From the NCBI GenBank assembly GCA_010909165.1, contig MU008161.1, positions 558,001 to 622,000 on the forward strand: a stretch of 64,000 bases of DNA. The letters are read 5' to 3'. The notes under the pieces were generated by a model. That model did no database searches. It saw only the letters and a program-made list of their open reading frames with translations, and was not told where the DNA came from. Below, in pieces: positions 36,976 to 48,150 of the stretch. Origin of the DNA: Anthoceros angustus (lineage: Eukaryota; Plantae; Anthocerotophyta). Position 1 is the stretch's first letter. Every line of letters begins with the position of its first letter. A program made the translations under genes and the position numbers.

Positions 36976-39168
36976 TCAGTCGATTTCCGTCCTTCGCCGC
37001 TGCTTGAGAATCTGGACTCCCATGTATCTGCTCAACCAACCAGCGCATGCAAGTGAGTTGCAAGTACATCTGTGACTGGTGCTCTGCCCACACAGCATCC
37101 CATGACTCTCACCTTCCAAGCATCATGACAGTCGCCTGCGGGTTTGCACCTGGAGAGACTGTCCATGCAGAGCCATCCACCACACGGAGGCTATCCACCC
37201 CCTTCACCAGATGGCGGCTATCTACCACAGAGCCGACGCGGCAACCGCCATGGTAGTGCCAGATGGTGCTCACGGTATCCTTGCACCACTTCTCCAGCCT
37301 ACGGGTGTCATTCATGTAGCCGGGGAGCAACTGTTTGGCCAGGTCTGGAAACGAGGACAAGTTACGCGAAGCCTGGCCGTATCCGTACGTGAAGTTCAGA
37401 AACCCCTTGGTGCGCACAACGCGATCGACCACCCGAATTCCATCCACGCACAACCGTAGATCCTCAGGGTTCTCGTAGTAGTTAAACCGCACCAGAGGAG
37501 AGTCCTTGACATCAGCGCTGCGGAGCTTGAGCCACCCTGACGACCGGGGCCGGTATAGCTGTGACACATCCACCAGAATTATTGCACAAGAGTGGGCGTC
37601 AGTGACAGGATGATGATGGGACAGCGACAACACTGGCAAGAATTTCACGGAACATGCTCGGCACGTCTCGCCTTTTGGAGAATGAAGCCTCCTTGTACGG
37701 ACGGAGCGTGAGGTGAAAGTGACAAGTCCCGCAAGCGGAGCGTGAATTCTTGCAACCGGTCCAGGCTGCGCTCTCCAGGCGGCAGGCTGCTCAAGTCGAT
37801 CCCTCCCGCCACAACCAGCATCCCGCTTCCGCTGGCGCCTTCGAAGATGTTGCCTTGGCCGGTAGAGCCGACGACCTGCACGAAGGATCCTTCAACCGGG
37901 CTCGGCGATGGCACGAACACGGAGTTCTTAGGGTTGTCAGCCATGCCCTCCCCCACGCCCTCCAGCTCCACCTCCTGCCGGATGCCGAACTCCGCCAGCT
38001 TCGACGCCGGCCCGATGCCGCTCAGCAGAAGCAGCTGCGGGCTCCCGAGCGCTCCCGCCGAGAGCACCACCTCCCCGCCCGGGCGCAGCAGAGCGACGTG
38101 CTTGGCCCCGGAGAGATCCTTGTACTCCACACCGTAAGCCTGGCGATGGCGGGACTGGCTGGAGGCATTGCGGAGCAGAATCCGGGACGCGTAGGCGTGG
38201 ATGTAGACGGTGAGGCGGGCGGGATCCGCGTACTGGAGGAGGTCGGCTGCCGTGTGGCGATGCGCATTGGCGTCGAAGATGGAGCCTCCGACCTTGGTTC
38301 CCAGCACGTGCCGGTACGTATCTCCGTTATCCGGCGCGACGCCTGCTTCCACAAGCCCCCGCCTGAGGGCCTCCTGCCACGGGCCGAGCGTCGGGAATCC
38401 GGCCACCACTCGCGCAACCCAGGCGTACGAGGCCTTCACCAGCTCCGCGTCCCAGCCGAAGCTCCGCACGTCGTCGTCGCTGGCGTAGGTGAAGAAGCCC
38501 GCGTTCACAGCACTTCCCCCTCCCAGAACGTTGGCTCGGAGATTCACCACCCCGTCTTCGGAGATGAACCTCTGGCCGGCAGTGGTCGGCGTCGTGGCTG
38601 CCTGTACTTGGATCCGAGTGTATCCCACAGCTTGCTGCACATCGGGGTCTGTGTATGGAAGACCACCCCGTTCCAGCAGCAGGACCGTGAAGTTCTGGGA
38701 CAAGGTGGCGGCGAGGGGGCATCCCGCCGTGCCCCCACCTACTATGATGTAGTCGTAGAAGGAATCTTCCGCTGGTGCGAAAGTTGCATTGTGGACGAAG
38801 GTGTAGTCGGGATCCTTGTCGATCAAGCCTGCTCATAAGCCACACTTGAAAATCAGACCTGAATTGTACATGATGCAATTTGACGCTGACAGGCATATCA
38901 TCCGGAGTTGTGAAGGCAGTCACTCAGGCTTCTTGCGAGCAGCATTTATGGACTCATCAGTATGTTAAGTTCCGTCCATGAGAGAGCTTCATGTCTGACT
39001 TCGATGAAGCTGTCCTGGAAATCGTTCGGAACCTTAAAAAAAAATCCATATCCAAGCAAATGCAAAAGGCAAGCTTCAATCAGAGGCAGGTCCAGTGTAA
39101 CCTGGCTCACACCAGACCCGGCGCAGCAAAGTGCTCACGGCAAGACAGCTCAAAAGGACTTGTAACAT
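36976..39168 (-). CDS. GMC oxidoreductase, HOTHEAD/mandelonitrile-lyase-like (4 exons)
   Basis: Signal-peptide exon, then YDYIIVGGGTAGCPLAATLS, ANVLGGGSAVNAGF, LSAGALGSPQLLLLSGIG, TIWHYHGGC, LRVVDGS and PGANPQATVMMLGR|YMG. Intron 37559-37671 is GC-AG. Confidence 0.93.
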
Positions 39169-40030
39169 CCTTTTTTCGCAGAAAGAAGAAGATGCATCCA
39201 CCTGGAGGACGTGAACATGCTTTTGGAGGGTGGAATTTGTAATGTCGCACACGGGGCGGTGGCAGGCATTGTGAGCAACCCTAAGGGAGAGCCGTGTGGT
39301 CTGACATTGGAGTGAAAGCGGCTGGCCATCCGCGAGGTGGGCGTCACAGGTGCAACCGCCACCAACCGCGGCAAATGACGAGGTCTCGCGCACAGTCGCA
39401 GCCGCGACAGGGAGAGTGGTGATATTCCTGGGGCGGCTGGGCTTTTCCAACGGGATTGGCGCGTGGGGGGTGAAAAAGTTACTGGCGTGGTAACAGAGAG
39501 GAGGTGGTGGTCAGTGTGGTGCAGGTGAAGAGAGTGAGACAGAGCAACTGCCGCAGAAGCTCATCAGCCAGCGCCGTTGCAACAGTTGTAGTGTATCGCC
39601 GCTTGAGGATGGATGGCGTTGCGGCTGCTGGAAGTTGGGACGATCGAGGTGCCGCAACGGCCCGGCGGCGTGTGTAGAAGTTTGTAGGCATCCGGTTTTG
39701 AATCTCGGCACAGTGAATTGCGCGTGGTGAGGAAGCGCGCACCTCTAGTGAACCTGTTTGTGGCAGGATTTCAGGATTGCATGTGTTGTGTGCGGGGGTG
39801 GGATTGCTTTTGAGGTTTTCTTGTGAGGGAGCTCGGGGGGAGAGAGGGAGCAACGAGAGCTGGGAATTGCCGAGGTTGTAGAGCAATATCTGGGAGGAGA
39901 TGGCGGAGGGATGAAGAATTGTAGGATTCTGGAAGCTGTGGTTAGGGATTCCGACTAGGAAGTTGTGAAGGGGAGGGAGGGACTTAACCGGATTGTGGAG
40001 GGGGGTGAGAGGCTGTTGTTAGCATATTGG

Positions 40031-41008
40031 ATGGCGGGCATGTCGGGCGTCCAGGAGGATAATGAGGATGTGTTGCCGGTTGTAGATCGGGGTGCGGCAG
40101 GCGACGGGTCAGAGGTTGTGGCGAACGAAGGGGTTGGTCGTCTGGAAGATTTGGAGCATGTAGATGCTCCAAATGATTACCAGGAGAGCCATCCGGAGGA
40201 GCCACAAGAGCAGCCACAGGAGCAGCCACAGGAGCAGCCACAGGAGCAGCCACAGGAGCAGCCACAAGAGCAGCCACAGGAGCAGTCACAGGAGCGGCCA
40301 CAAGAGCAGCCACAAGAGCAGCCACAGGAGCAGCCACAGCAGCGTAGGCCAGACTTCCAGCAGCTGGAGGTGCCGGAATCTTCCTTCACCGGAACGTTTC
40401 AGGCTCTGCTACGAAAGTCCAAGCAAATCCCTGAGTATACCTCTGGCCATTATCAGCACTGGAAGAAGATGAAGGCCGACTTGAGGCATGGGCAACGAGA
40501 TTCGCTGCAAAAGGTAAACCAGCAGGGCTACAACGACAGGCTCACTCTTCACATTGGTGGCACCCGGTTTGAGACCTCCAGGCAGACTCTCTGTGTAGAT
40601 GCCGATTCCATGCTAGCTGCCTGGGTGCTCCGGCACCTGAATGAAGGTGACACTATGATGTGGCTAGATAGAGATGGAAACAGATTTGGCCACGTTTTGA
40701 ATTACCTCAGAAGTGGCACCATTTTTCTTCAGGATGTGCCCTCTCTTAGAGCAGTGCAAGAGGAGGCTGCTTTCTTCGGTCTCAGTGGCTTGCAGGCCCT
40801 CTGTGAGGAGAGAATCAAACACGTTGAAATAAGGGAACAAGATAAGATGCGGAAGACGGAAGAGTATCAGGAAACCGTCATAGAGTTGCTCAGAGCAATC
40901 CTTAATGGAGGCACTTGTCCGCACAGCAAAGCACCTCCAACCTCTTTGAGCAGGGGCCGAACTCGAACAAGGGACGATCCAATTTTCGACACGACCGCTG
41001 ATTTTTAA
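40031..41008 (+). CDS. KCTD/T1-type BTB domain protein with N-terminal (PQEQ)n repeat, intronless
   Basis: LHIGGTRFETSRQTL...SMLAA...LDRDGNRFGHVLNYLR...EEAAFFGL, plus about 12 copies of a 12-bp unit at 40195-40341. Confidence 0.85.
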   Translation: MAGMSGVQEDNEDVLPVVDRGAAGDGSEVVANEGVGRLEDLEHVDAPNDYQESHPEEPQEQPQEQPQEQPQEQPQEQPQEQPQEQSQERPQEQPQEQPQEQPQQRRPDFQQLEVPESSFTGTFQALLRKSKQIPEYTSGHYQHWKKMKADLRHGQRDSLQKVNQQGYNDRLTLHIGGTRFETSRQTLCVDADSMLAAWVLRHLNEGDTMMWLDRDGNRFGHVLNYLRSGTIFLQDVPSLRAVQEEAAFFGLSGLQALCEERIKHVEIREQDKMRKTEEYQETVIELLRAILNGGTCPHSKAPPTSLSRGRTRTRDDPIFDTTADF

Positions 41009-41752
41009 AGGTGGTTTTTCAAGGTGGTTTTCCTCTTCTCCATCACTTGTTCATTGCGAAGGGAACCCCTGAACCTGCAGTTGCCAGCCAACCACCCTTG
41101 ACTGTAATCAGGGCCTGCCCCTTCAATTTGAGCCTCAATTTAGATATAAATGTCTCTGAGATGAATTCAAAGACCGAGTCTCTTTTCGAAGTCTCTGCAA
41201 CGTCTCTACAACGCCTCACTAAGAAATTTAAATATCATTCTCTCCATTTCTCGTGATTATATTATTGAAATAAATAATACATGATATTTACCTACATAAT
41301 TTGGAAGTCTCAGTTTTGGAGTCGGCTGCGTACTTTTACAACTAATTTGAATTGCCCAATGACTAAAACGATGCTAGATTGTACCGCCCAGCACAACACA
41401 AATCGAGCACAGGAGAGATGCCCGCTTCGTTTGTGGTTTAGTCCACAGCACCTAATATGTAGAAGTTCAGATTCCTGTCCACGTCTTTACTCCTCCATCA
41501 ACATTTCGAACGTACCGCATGACCGAGACCGAATTCACCAGTAATAACGGTCAGCTTCCCCTTCTGGTTTAGTCAGTTCGACATGGTTCGATAGCCTGGA
41601 CGGTGTAGCGCGAGCCGTACTGCGACACTTTGGGCCGGCCAAGTTGCTGCAGACGACGTGCGACGTAATCACCTTCGCCAAACTGACATCTCCTTGCTGG
41701 GCAACCGTGCTACAGTGCGAGACCTAAGAGTAGTCGTGTGCGGCAGTTCTCT

Positions 41753-43978
41753 TCAAACAGGTTGTCTCGAGAGTGGCCTAGACCACTCCCCACTGCGCAG
41801 CCATGTTTGAACCGCGTCACCAGATGCCAAGAGAAAATGGAGCATTTCCCGCCCATCTTCAGACATAGTAGACTTCTCAGTAAAAGGAGATTTTCTCGCA
41901 GTCAAATAAGAGATCACTGCATCTTTCTTTCTCTGTTCTGTGTCTACCCAGCGACCCCTCCCTGATCCAGTTTCTATCATAACTACTTTGGGCAGCTCTT
42001 GGTTCTCCTCGAGCACCTGAGACAGTGTGCTCATCCACCACTCAACAGCACATTGGGATGCGCCCAGGGAGAGGTGGCGTAAATGTAGACGCCACACTGT
42101 AGGCGCACGGGATTGAATATCAGCAAATACTCCCAGATTCACTGAAAGCACAAGCAGATCTGACGCCCTTCCCTCAATATTCTTCACCTGGCAAAAATCA
42201 ACCATGGCATTGATGAACCTACGGTAGGTCCCAGCCGGATACCTCTGTGTTAACAAATGGAGCGCACGGTGAAGCTCTTTCTCCTGTGCCACCGGAGAAA
42301 TCAGTTTCTGCAACGTGTCGTGCAACTCCAGGTTACCCTTCTTAAAAATCCCAAAGACAGTATTCCGCTGCTCATCGTCCTCACAGAGAACCAAGATACT
42401 GAAAAGACTGCCCCATAGCATATCATCTGGCTCACATCCACAGCTGATCATTTCATCAAAGAGCTCTGCAACTTTCACAAAATCCTTCGCTTGTCCATGA
42501 GCCTGGATTAGTGAAGTATATGTGACAACATCCCTAGAGAATCCAGACCTAGTCATTCTTGAAAAAACATTCAGTGCCTTGTCCTTGCTGCCGTGCTTAG
42601 CATACAAGTGCAGCATTGTCTTGTACGAGTATGCATTTGGTGGCATCCCAGATCTCTGCATGTCATTGAATATCTTTTCTGCTTGCTCCTCAGTACCATA
42701 CTCCACACAATGTTTAAGAACTGAGTTATGCACAACCGCATCACAACCCCAGCCTTCCCGCTGCATTCGTTGGAAAAGGACTAGACAATCCTGGAATTGC
42801 CCACCTTTACCGTAGGCATCAATCATAGAGCTAACGGTTACAGCATTGGGCTTCAAACCAGAAGTGATCATCTCATCCATCACTCCTGCAGCTTCGGCTG
42901 TTCTTCCTAGATCTCCAAGGATCCGGATCAGAATGTTATAGATAACTGCGGTAGGCTTCATCCCTGACTTCTTCAGTTCCTTGTAAGTCCTCTCAACGTC
43001 TGTGTACCTACCAACCTTGCCCAACATATTTAAGAAGGTACCATATGTCACAATATCAAGTTTCCAGCCAGAACCTCTAAGCTCATCAAAGAGAGCCAGT
43101 GCTTCCTTTACTTTACCCGCTTTCGCATACATGTCTAGGACAGAACAATACGTCACAGCATCTGGAACACAACCGGCATTATGCATCTTTTCGTACCATT
43201 CCAAGGCCTGTTCATGGCGATTGCACCTGCTGGCACAACTGATCAAAGTGCTGTAAGTGATGTTATCAGGAAACACACCCTTCTGAATCATCTCCACCAC
43301 CAAACCCTCTGCCAGGTCCCACTGCCCGCCTTTTCTCAGCAGCTTCACCATGACATTGTAGGTGAAGACATTCAAGTCATACTCTCTGGATTCGGCCCAC
43401 CTGAAAAAGGGCAAAGCTTTCTCCCACCTTGCCAGGGAATTCAAAATGGTCACCAAGCTGCGTGCACTCAAGGGAGTCTCCCAGCCATCCATAGCCAGTG
43501 CTACCCCTGCCTCTGTCTCATTGCAGCCCTTCAACCTGCCCAGGACAAGAGGTAAAACCTGGGAAGGCCTTTCCACTCTTCCAGCCTCCACAGAACCTAC
43601 ATTCCGGTCAGTAACCAGCTCCGAACCCTGTCCTGGTCTCCACCTATCCACCACCACCGCATTGCCTGACCTGGCCTTCCGACTGACAGGGGTCCCAGTA
43701 CCGGATGCAGAATCAGAGGGCGCCGCGCCACCATCCTGTTTACCAGACACTCTTTGAGTGGAGAACTCCAGATGCAGCTTCCGCAACTGCTTGGCCATGG
43801 AGGAGGCGCCTGAATTGCTGGATCCCGCCGTCTCATCAGGAGAAACCGTGGGTGCAGCATTTTTGCTCACGCAGCACACATAACGAAATTTACATGCTCT
43901 CCTGGTGTCTGAGCACGACGTTGAAGGGAGAGCGTGGCTCACGCCCAGAAGCTGCATCGAATGAGAGGATACAGCCAT
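41753..43978 (-). CDS. P-class PPR protein with C-terminal SMR domain (SOT1/SVR7-like), probably plastid-targeted, intronless
   Basis: About 9 tandem 35-aa repeats (e.g. PDNITYSTLISCASRC, PDAVTYCSVLDMY) and SMR motifs WRLHLRHLSLGA and IETGSG. First ATG is at 43978; the ORF track start is TTG. Confidence 0.9.
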   Translation of the reverse strand: MAVSSHSMQLLGVSHALPSTSCSDTRRACKFRYVCCVSKNAAPTVSPDETAGSSNSGASSMAKQLRKLHLEFSTQRVSGKQDGGAAPSDSASGTGTPVSRKARSGNAVVVDRWRPGQGSELVTDRNVGSVEAGRVERPSQVLPLVLGRLKGCNETEAGVALAMDGWETPLSARSLVTILNSLARWEKALPFFRWAESREYDLNVFTYNVMVKLLRKGGQWDLAEGLVVEMIQKGVFPDNITYSTLISCASRCNRHEQALEWYEKMHNAGCVPDAVTYCSVLDMYAKAGKVKEALALFDELRGSGWKLDIVTYGTFLNMLGKVGRYTDVERTYKELKKSGMKPTAVIYNILIRILGDLGRTAEAAGVMDEMITSGLKPNAVTVSSMIDAYGKGGQFQDCLVLFQRMQREGWGCDAVVHNSVLKHCVEYGTEEQAEKIFNDMQRSGMPPNAYSYKTMLHLYAKHGSKDKALNVFSRMTRSGFSRDVVTYTSLIQAHGQAKDFVKVAELFDEMISCGCEPDDMLWGSLFSILVLCEDDEQRNTVFGIFKKGNLELHDTLQKLISPVAQEKELHRALHLLTQRYPAGTYRRFINAMVDFCQVKNIEGRASDLLVLSVNLGVFADIQSRAPTVWRLHLRHLSLGASQCAVEWWMSTLSQVLEENQELPKVVMIETGSGRGRWVDTEQRKKDAVISYLTARKSPFTEKSTMSEDGREMLHFLLASGDAVQTWLRSGEWSRPLSRQPV

Positions 43979-44542
43979 AGCAGCAGATTTACACCCCCAA
44001 ACGCCAGTTCGAAGTCCAGCGTCCCATGTCCGGTTAGGTGCCAAAATGGAGTCGAGGTCGTGAAGCCTTCGACTACCGTTGGCTCATGGGTTTAGGGCTT
44101 TGTTCCAAACCTAACATCCAAGCCTCCCGGCTCGGTAGAATATTTCCGTCCGCTCGGAAATTTCCCATGTAAAAACTTCCACTAATAAAATGCATGTACA
44201 TGTGTAATGAGCTCCACAGCTTGGAGTAAAGCCTCCCGGCTCGGTAGTATATTTCTCTCCGCTCGGTAACTTTCTCCTATAGTAAATTCTACGGAACTGA
44301 GCTCCATAGCACAGCTTGGATTACTCAACCCAAACAAGGGTTCAGGGTTCACGATTCAGATCGCTCATACTATGAAGTCACATCGCTCATACTATGAAGT
44401 CACAGAATTCCACTATATGGGTTGTGGTACCTAATCTTTGTTTTGGTTTGCGTAGTTTTGTTTTGTGTTGGCCTTAATAAAATCATTTTAGGATTTTCAA
44501 TATAACACTCAAAGGACTTCAGAGTTTTTTCACGTCTCCGTT

Positions 44543-45455
44543 ATGGCCAGGGTAAAGGATATAATCTTCCTAGATGAAGAGGATGATGATCATGATGGCT
44601 AGGAGGTTGAACCTACAGGAAGAGGCGAGACGTTTGAAGAATGTGAAGAAGAATGAACTTTAGAAAAAGCTTGAGAAGATCATAAGCATCGCTGGTGCTG
44701 GTGAGGAAGCTTCAACTACTGCATTGGGCGAGCATGATTTAGAAGAGGACTTCGATCCCAATGAGTATGACAAGAAGATGCATGAGGCGTTGGGTGATGC
44801 TTTCTATGGTGGCCAAGACGTTGACCACAAGTTCAATGAGGAGAGGAGGATGCTAACGGTCTTGATGAAACAGATAGCAAGGAGAAACCTAACTTTGAGG
44901 CTGACGATGAGCTGTTGGAACTGCCTAAGGGCTGCGAGAGTGGAGTTAAGGCTGACTTTTCAAGTGCCCACTCGAAGCAGAAGAAGTAGATATGGAAAAT
45001 CTCTCTGGACGACAAGGTAGATCTTGATACTCTTGATCTTGATCAAGAATACCAAGAGGCATGGTGAGCAATTTGCTGGCGAGGCTCAAGTACATGAAGG
45101 TCAAACGAAATCAACATGGCTTGAAGGCCATGGATGTTCTAAATGCAGATGACTTGGAGCTAAATCAGATAAATAGTACTGTTTCGATGGCTGCCGAACC
45201 GGAGGAGGGCATGGCCGACATGGCTTGAAGGCCATAGATGTTCTAAATGCAGATGACTAGGAGCTAAATCAGATAGATAATCTTGGTGCCGAACCGGAGG
45301 AGGGCATGGCCGAACAGGGCAACCAGACTAGCTCCAAGAAGAACAGGAGAAAGAGGAGGAGGGAAAATGGTCTTGACTACCTGCGTCCGATTACTAGCAT
45401 ATGGAAAGATGAAACCTCTTGAAAAACAAGAAACAAGTGGAGCCCGTCCATTTGA
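44543..45455 (+). pseudogene. Internally deleted KRI1 pseudogene, copy A
   Basis: The first ~19 codons match the KRI1 start, then the sequence jumps to the QEEVKRLKNVKKNE region. It includes LGEHDLEEDFDPNEYDKKM and RLLAYGKMKP, with frameshifts and stops. Confidence 0.9.
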
Positions 45456-45969
45456 TAGCCACCTCCGGTTAGGTGCCAAAATGGAGTCGAGGTCGTGAAG
45501 CCTTCGACTACCGTTGGCTCATGGGTTTAGGGCTTTGTTCCAAACCTAACATCCAAGCCTCCCGGCTCGGTAGAATATTTCCGTCCGCTCGGAAATTTCC
45601 CATGTAAAACTTCCACTAATAAAATGCATGTACATGTGTAATGAGCTCCACAGCTTGGAGTAAAGCCTCCCGGCTCGGTAGTATATTTCTCTCCGCTCGG
45701 TAACTTTCTCCTATAGTAAATTCTACGGAACTGAGCTCCATAGCACAGCTTGGATTACTCAACCCAAACAAGGGTTCAGGGTTCACGATTCAGATCGCTC
45801 ATACTATGAAGTCACATCGCTCATACTATGAAGTCACAGAATTCCACTATATGGGTTGTGGTACCTAATCTTTGTTTTGGTTTTAGTTTGTTTTGTGTTG
45901 GCCTTAATAAAATCATTTTAGGATTTTCAATATAACACTCAAAGGACTTGAGTTTTTCACGTCTCCGTT

Positions 45970-46885
45970 ATGGCCAGGGTAAAGGATATAATCTTCCTAG
46001 ATGAAGAGGATGATGATCATGATGGCTAGGAGGTTGAACCACAGGAAGAGGCGACGCTTGAAGAATGTGAAGAAGAATGAACTTTAGAAAAAGCTTGAGA
46101 AGATCATAAGCATCAGTGGGGTGAGGAAGCTTCAACTCGCATTGGGCGAGCATGATTTAGAAGAGGACTTCGATCCCAATGAGTATGACAAGAAGATGCA
46201 TGAGGCGTTGGGTGATGCTTTCTATGGTGGCCAAGACGTTGACCACAAGTTCAATGAGGAGAGGAGGATGCTAACGGTCTTGATGAAACAGATAGCAAGG
46301 AGAAACCTAACTTTGAGGCTGACGATGAGCTGTTGGAACTGCCTAAGGGCTGCGAGAGTGGAGTTAAGGCTGACTTTTCAAGTGCCCACTCGAAGCAGAA
46401 GAAGTAGATATGGAAAATCGATTTATTAAGGTAGATCTTGATACTCTTGATCTTGATCAAGAATACCAAGAGGCATGGTGAGCAATTTGCTGGCGAGGCT
46501 CAAGTACATGAAGGTCAAACGAAATCAACATGGCTTGAAGGCCATGGATGTTCTAAATGCAGATGACTTGGAGCTAAATCAGATAAATAGTACTGTTTCG
46601 ATGGCTGCCGAACCGGAGGAGGGCATGGCCGACATGGCTTGAAGGCCATAGATGTTCTAAATGCAGATGACTAGGAGCTAAATCAGATAGATAGTACTGT
46701 TTCGGCGGCTGCCGAACCGGAGGAGGGCATGGCCGAACAGGGCAACCAGACTAGCTCCAAGAAGAACAGGAGAAAGAGGAGGAGGGAAAATGGTCTTGAC
46801 TACCCTGCGTCCCGATTACTAGCATATGGAAAGATGAAACCTCTTGCGAAAAAACAGAAGAAACAAGTGGAGCCCGTCCATTTGA
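45970..46885 (+). pseudogene. Internally deleted KRI1 pseudogene, copy B
   Basis: Near-identical to copy A; ends ...PASRLLAYGKMKPLAKKQKKQ. Confidence 0.9.
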
Positions 46886-48150
46886 TAGCCACCTCCTGGT
46901 TAGAATTGAGAGTGAGAGGCATACCTTGAGGCAACATCTCATGAACGCTAGAATGACTAGGATCTCGATTCGAGACTTTTGCCCTTGTTTATGCCTCTCC
47001 TTGGATAAAAAATAGATGACAAGAAATTATGTTAAGGTTACCTTTCCTGCAGGGTTCTACATTCTATATTATCAATAAATAATAATAATAATATTAAAAA
47101 TAATGTACAGTCCAATCGCAAAAGATTTTTTTAAAAAACTCATCAATCCTTCAAGAAATGGATGCCATTATTGTGTGCATACTTATCCGATGGTCTAGAT
47201 GTTTGATGCTTTTTTCTTGGACTATGTGCTGTATTTTTAAAGAAAAATAAAATAGTTTAAATATTATATTTTTCAAAATATCTTTTAGAAGAATAATAGG
47301 GCACATAGTCCAAGAAAAAAACATTTCTAAGATATCAAAAACCTGGAGCATTGAATGAGTAACAAGATAGTGTAACAAGATAGTAATGGCTCTTGTTTCT
47401 TGAATAGTTTGTTTTAAAAATTATTTTATATTTGGACAAGATTTATGGATGAAATATTTTTAATTACTTTGATAAATTTAAGAATATAATATTTCCACAA
47501 GAAACAACCTTACCAGAAACTAGTATCATATTGTGTACAATGTAAAAGAACATGTCGAAAAGACTCAACACTGTTAAAAAAGAAGTGAGCATTGTGGGAC
47601 CTCGAAAACGGTTTATTAGCCTCAATCTCCTTTAACAAAGCTTATGGCTTGTCAAAACTTCTGCAAACCCTAAACCCTGTTGCAGCCCTCCTAAGGTTAT
47701 GGCGAATCAAAACTGGAAGTATTGTGTACAATGCTGCCCGAATTTCTGCCTCACGGGCGGCCCGTTGTCGGTTGAATGATCATGTTCATACAGGAATGTC
47801 GTGTGCAAACGTTCAACCGCTGTGACCTGATGAGGATTACGGAAGAGTCGCCAGCGATACCGTGAGCACAATCAACATCTGCAACCGCTTCTCGACTTTG
47901 AATCCCACCAGTTCCAAGTTCCAGCAACGCCACCCTATCATCCTCACAGCGGTAAGCTTTCTGTTTTCCCATCTGGCCCCGCCCAAGACCAAGACCCCTT
48001 CGATGCACCCCATATTCCAAGTTGTCGTGGTGTACTCCAAGCAGCTGATGATGCCTCTGTAATGGCCATTTCAGGATCTTATCACAATGCTCAAAGGGCT
48101 TCAGAGTCTTTGTGTCCCCGTTGTGACCATGCTTTGAAGGCCGATGAGCT

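Larger units (their letters stand above)
44029..46902. repeat. ~1435-bp tandem duplication (PPR-SMR upstream region plus KRI1 pseudogene)
   Basis: TCCGGTTAGGTGCCAAAATGGAGTCG... begins at 44029 and again at 45464. The copies differ mainly by small indels. Confidence 0.95.

Noticed and set aside
37750-38838. 362-aa plus-strand ORF
   Set aside because: Antisense shadow of the GC-rich GMC oxidoreductase exon.
40177-40389. Metallothionein-like (CSCG)n ORF
   Set aside because: It is the antisense frame of the PQEQ coding repeat.
41584-41700. WFDSLDGVAR...CDVITF resembling a CDP-alcohol phosphatidyltransferase motif
   Set aside because: Motif spacing is wrong, a catalytic Asp is missing, there is no surrounding ORF, and it lies in the PPR-SMR 3' region. 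Probably chance.
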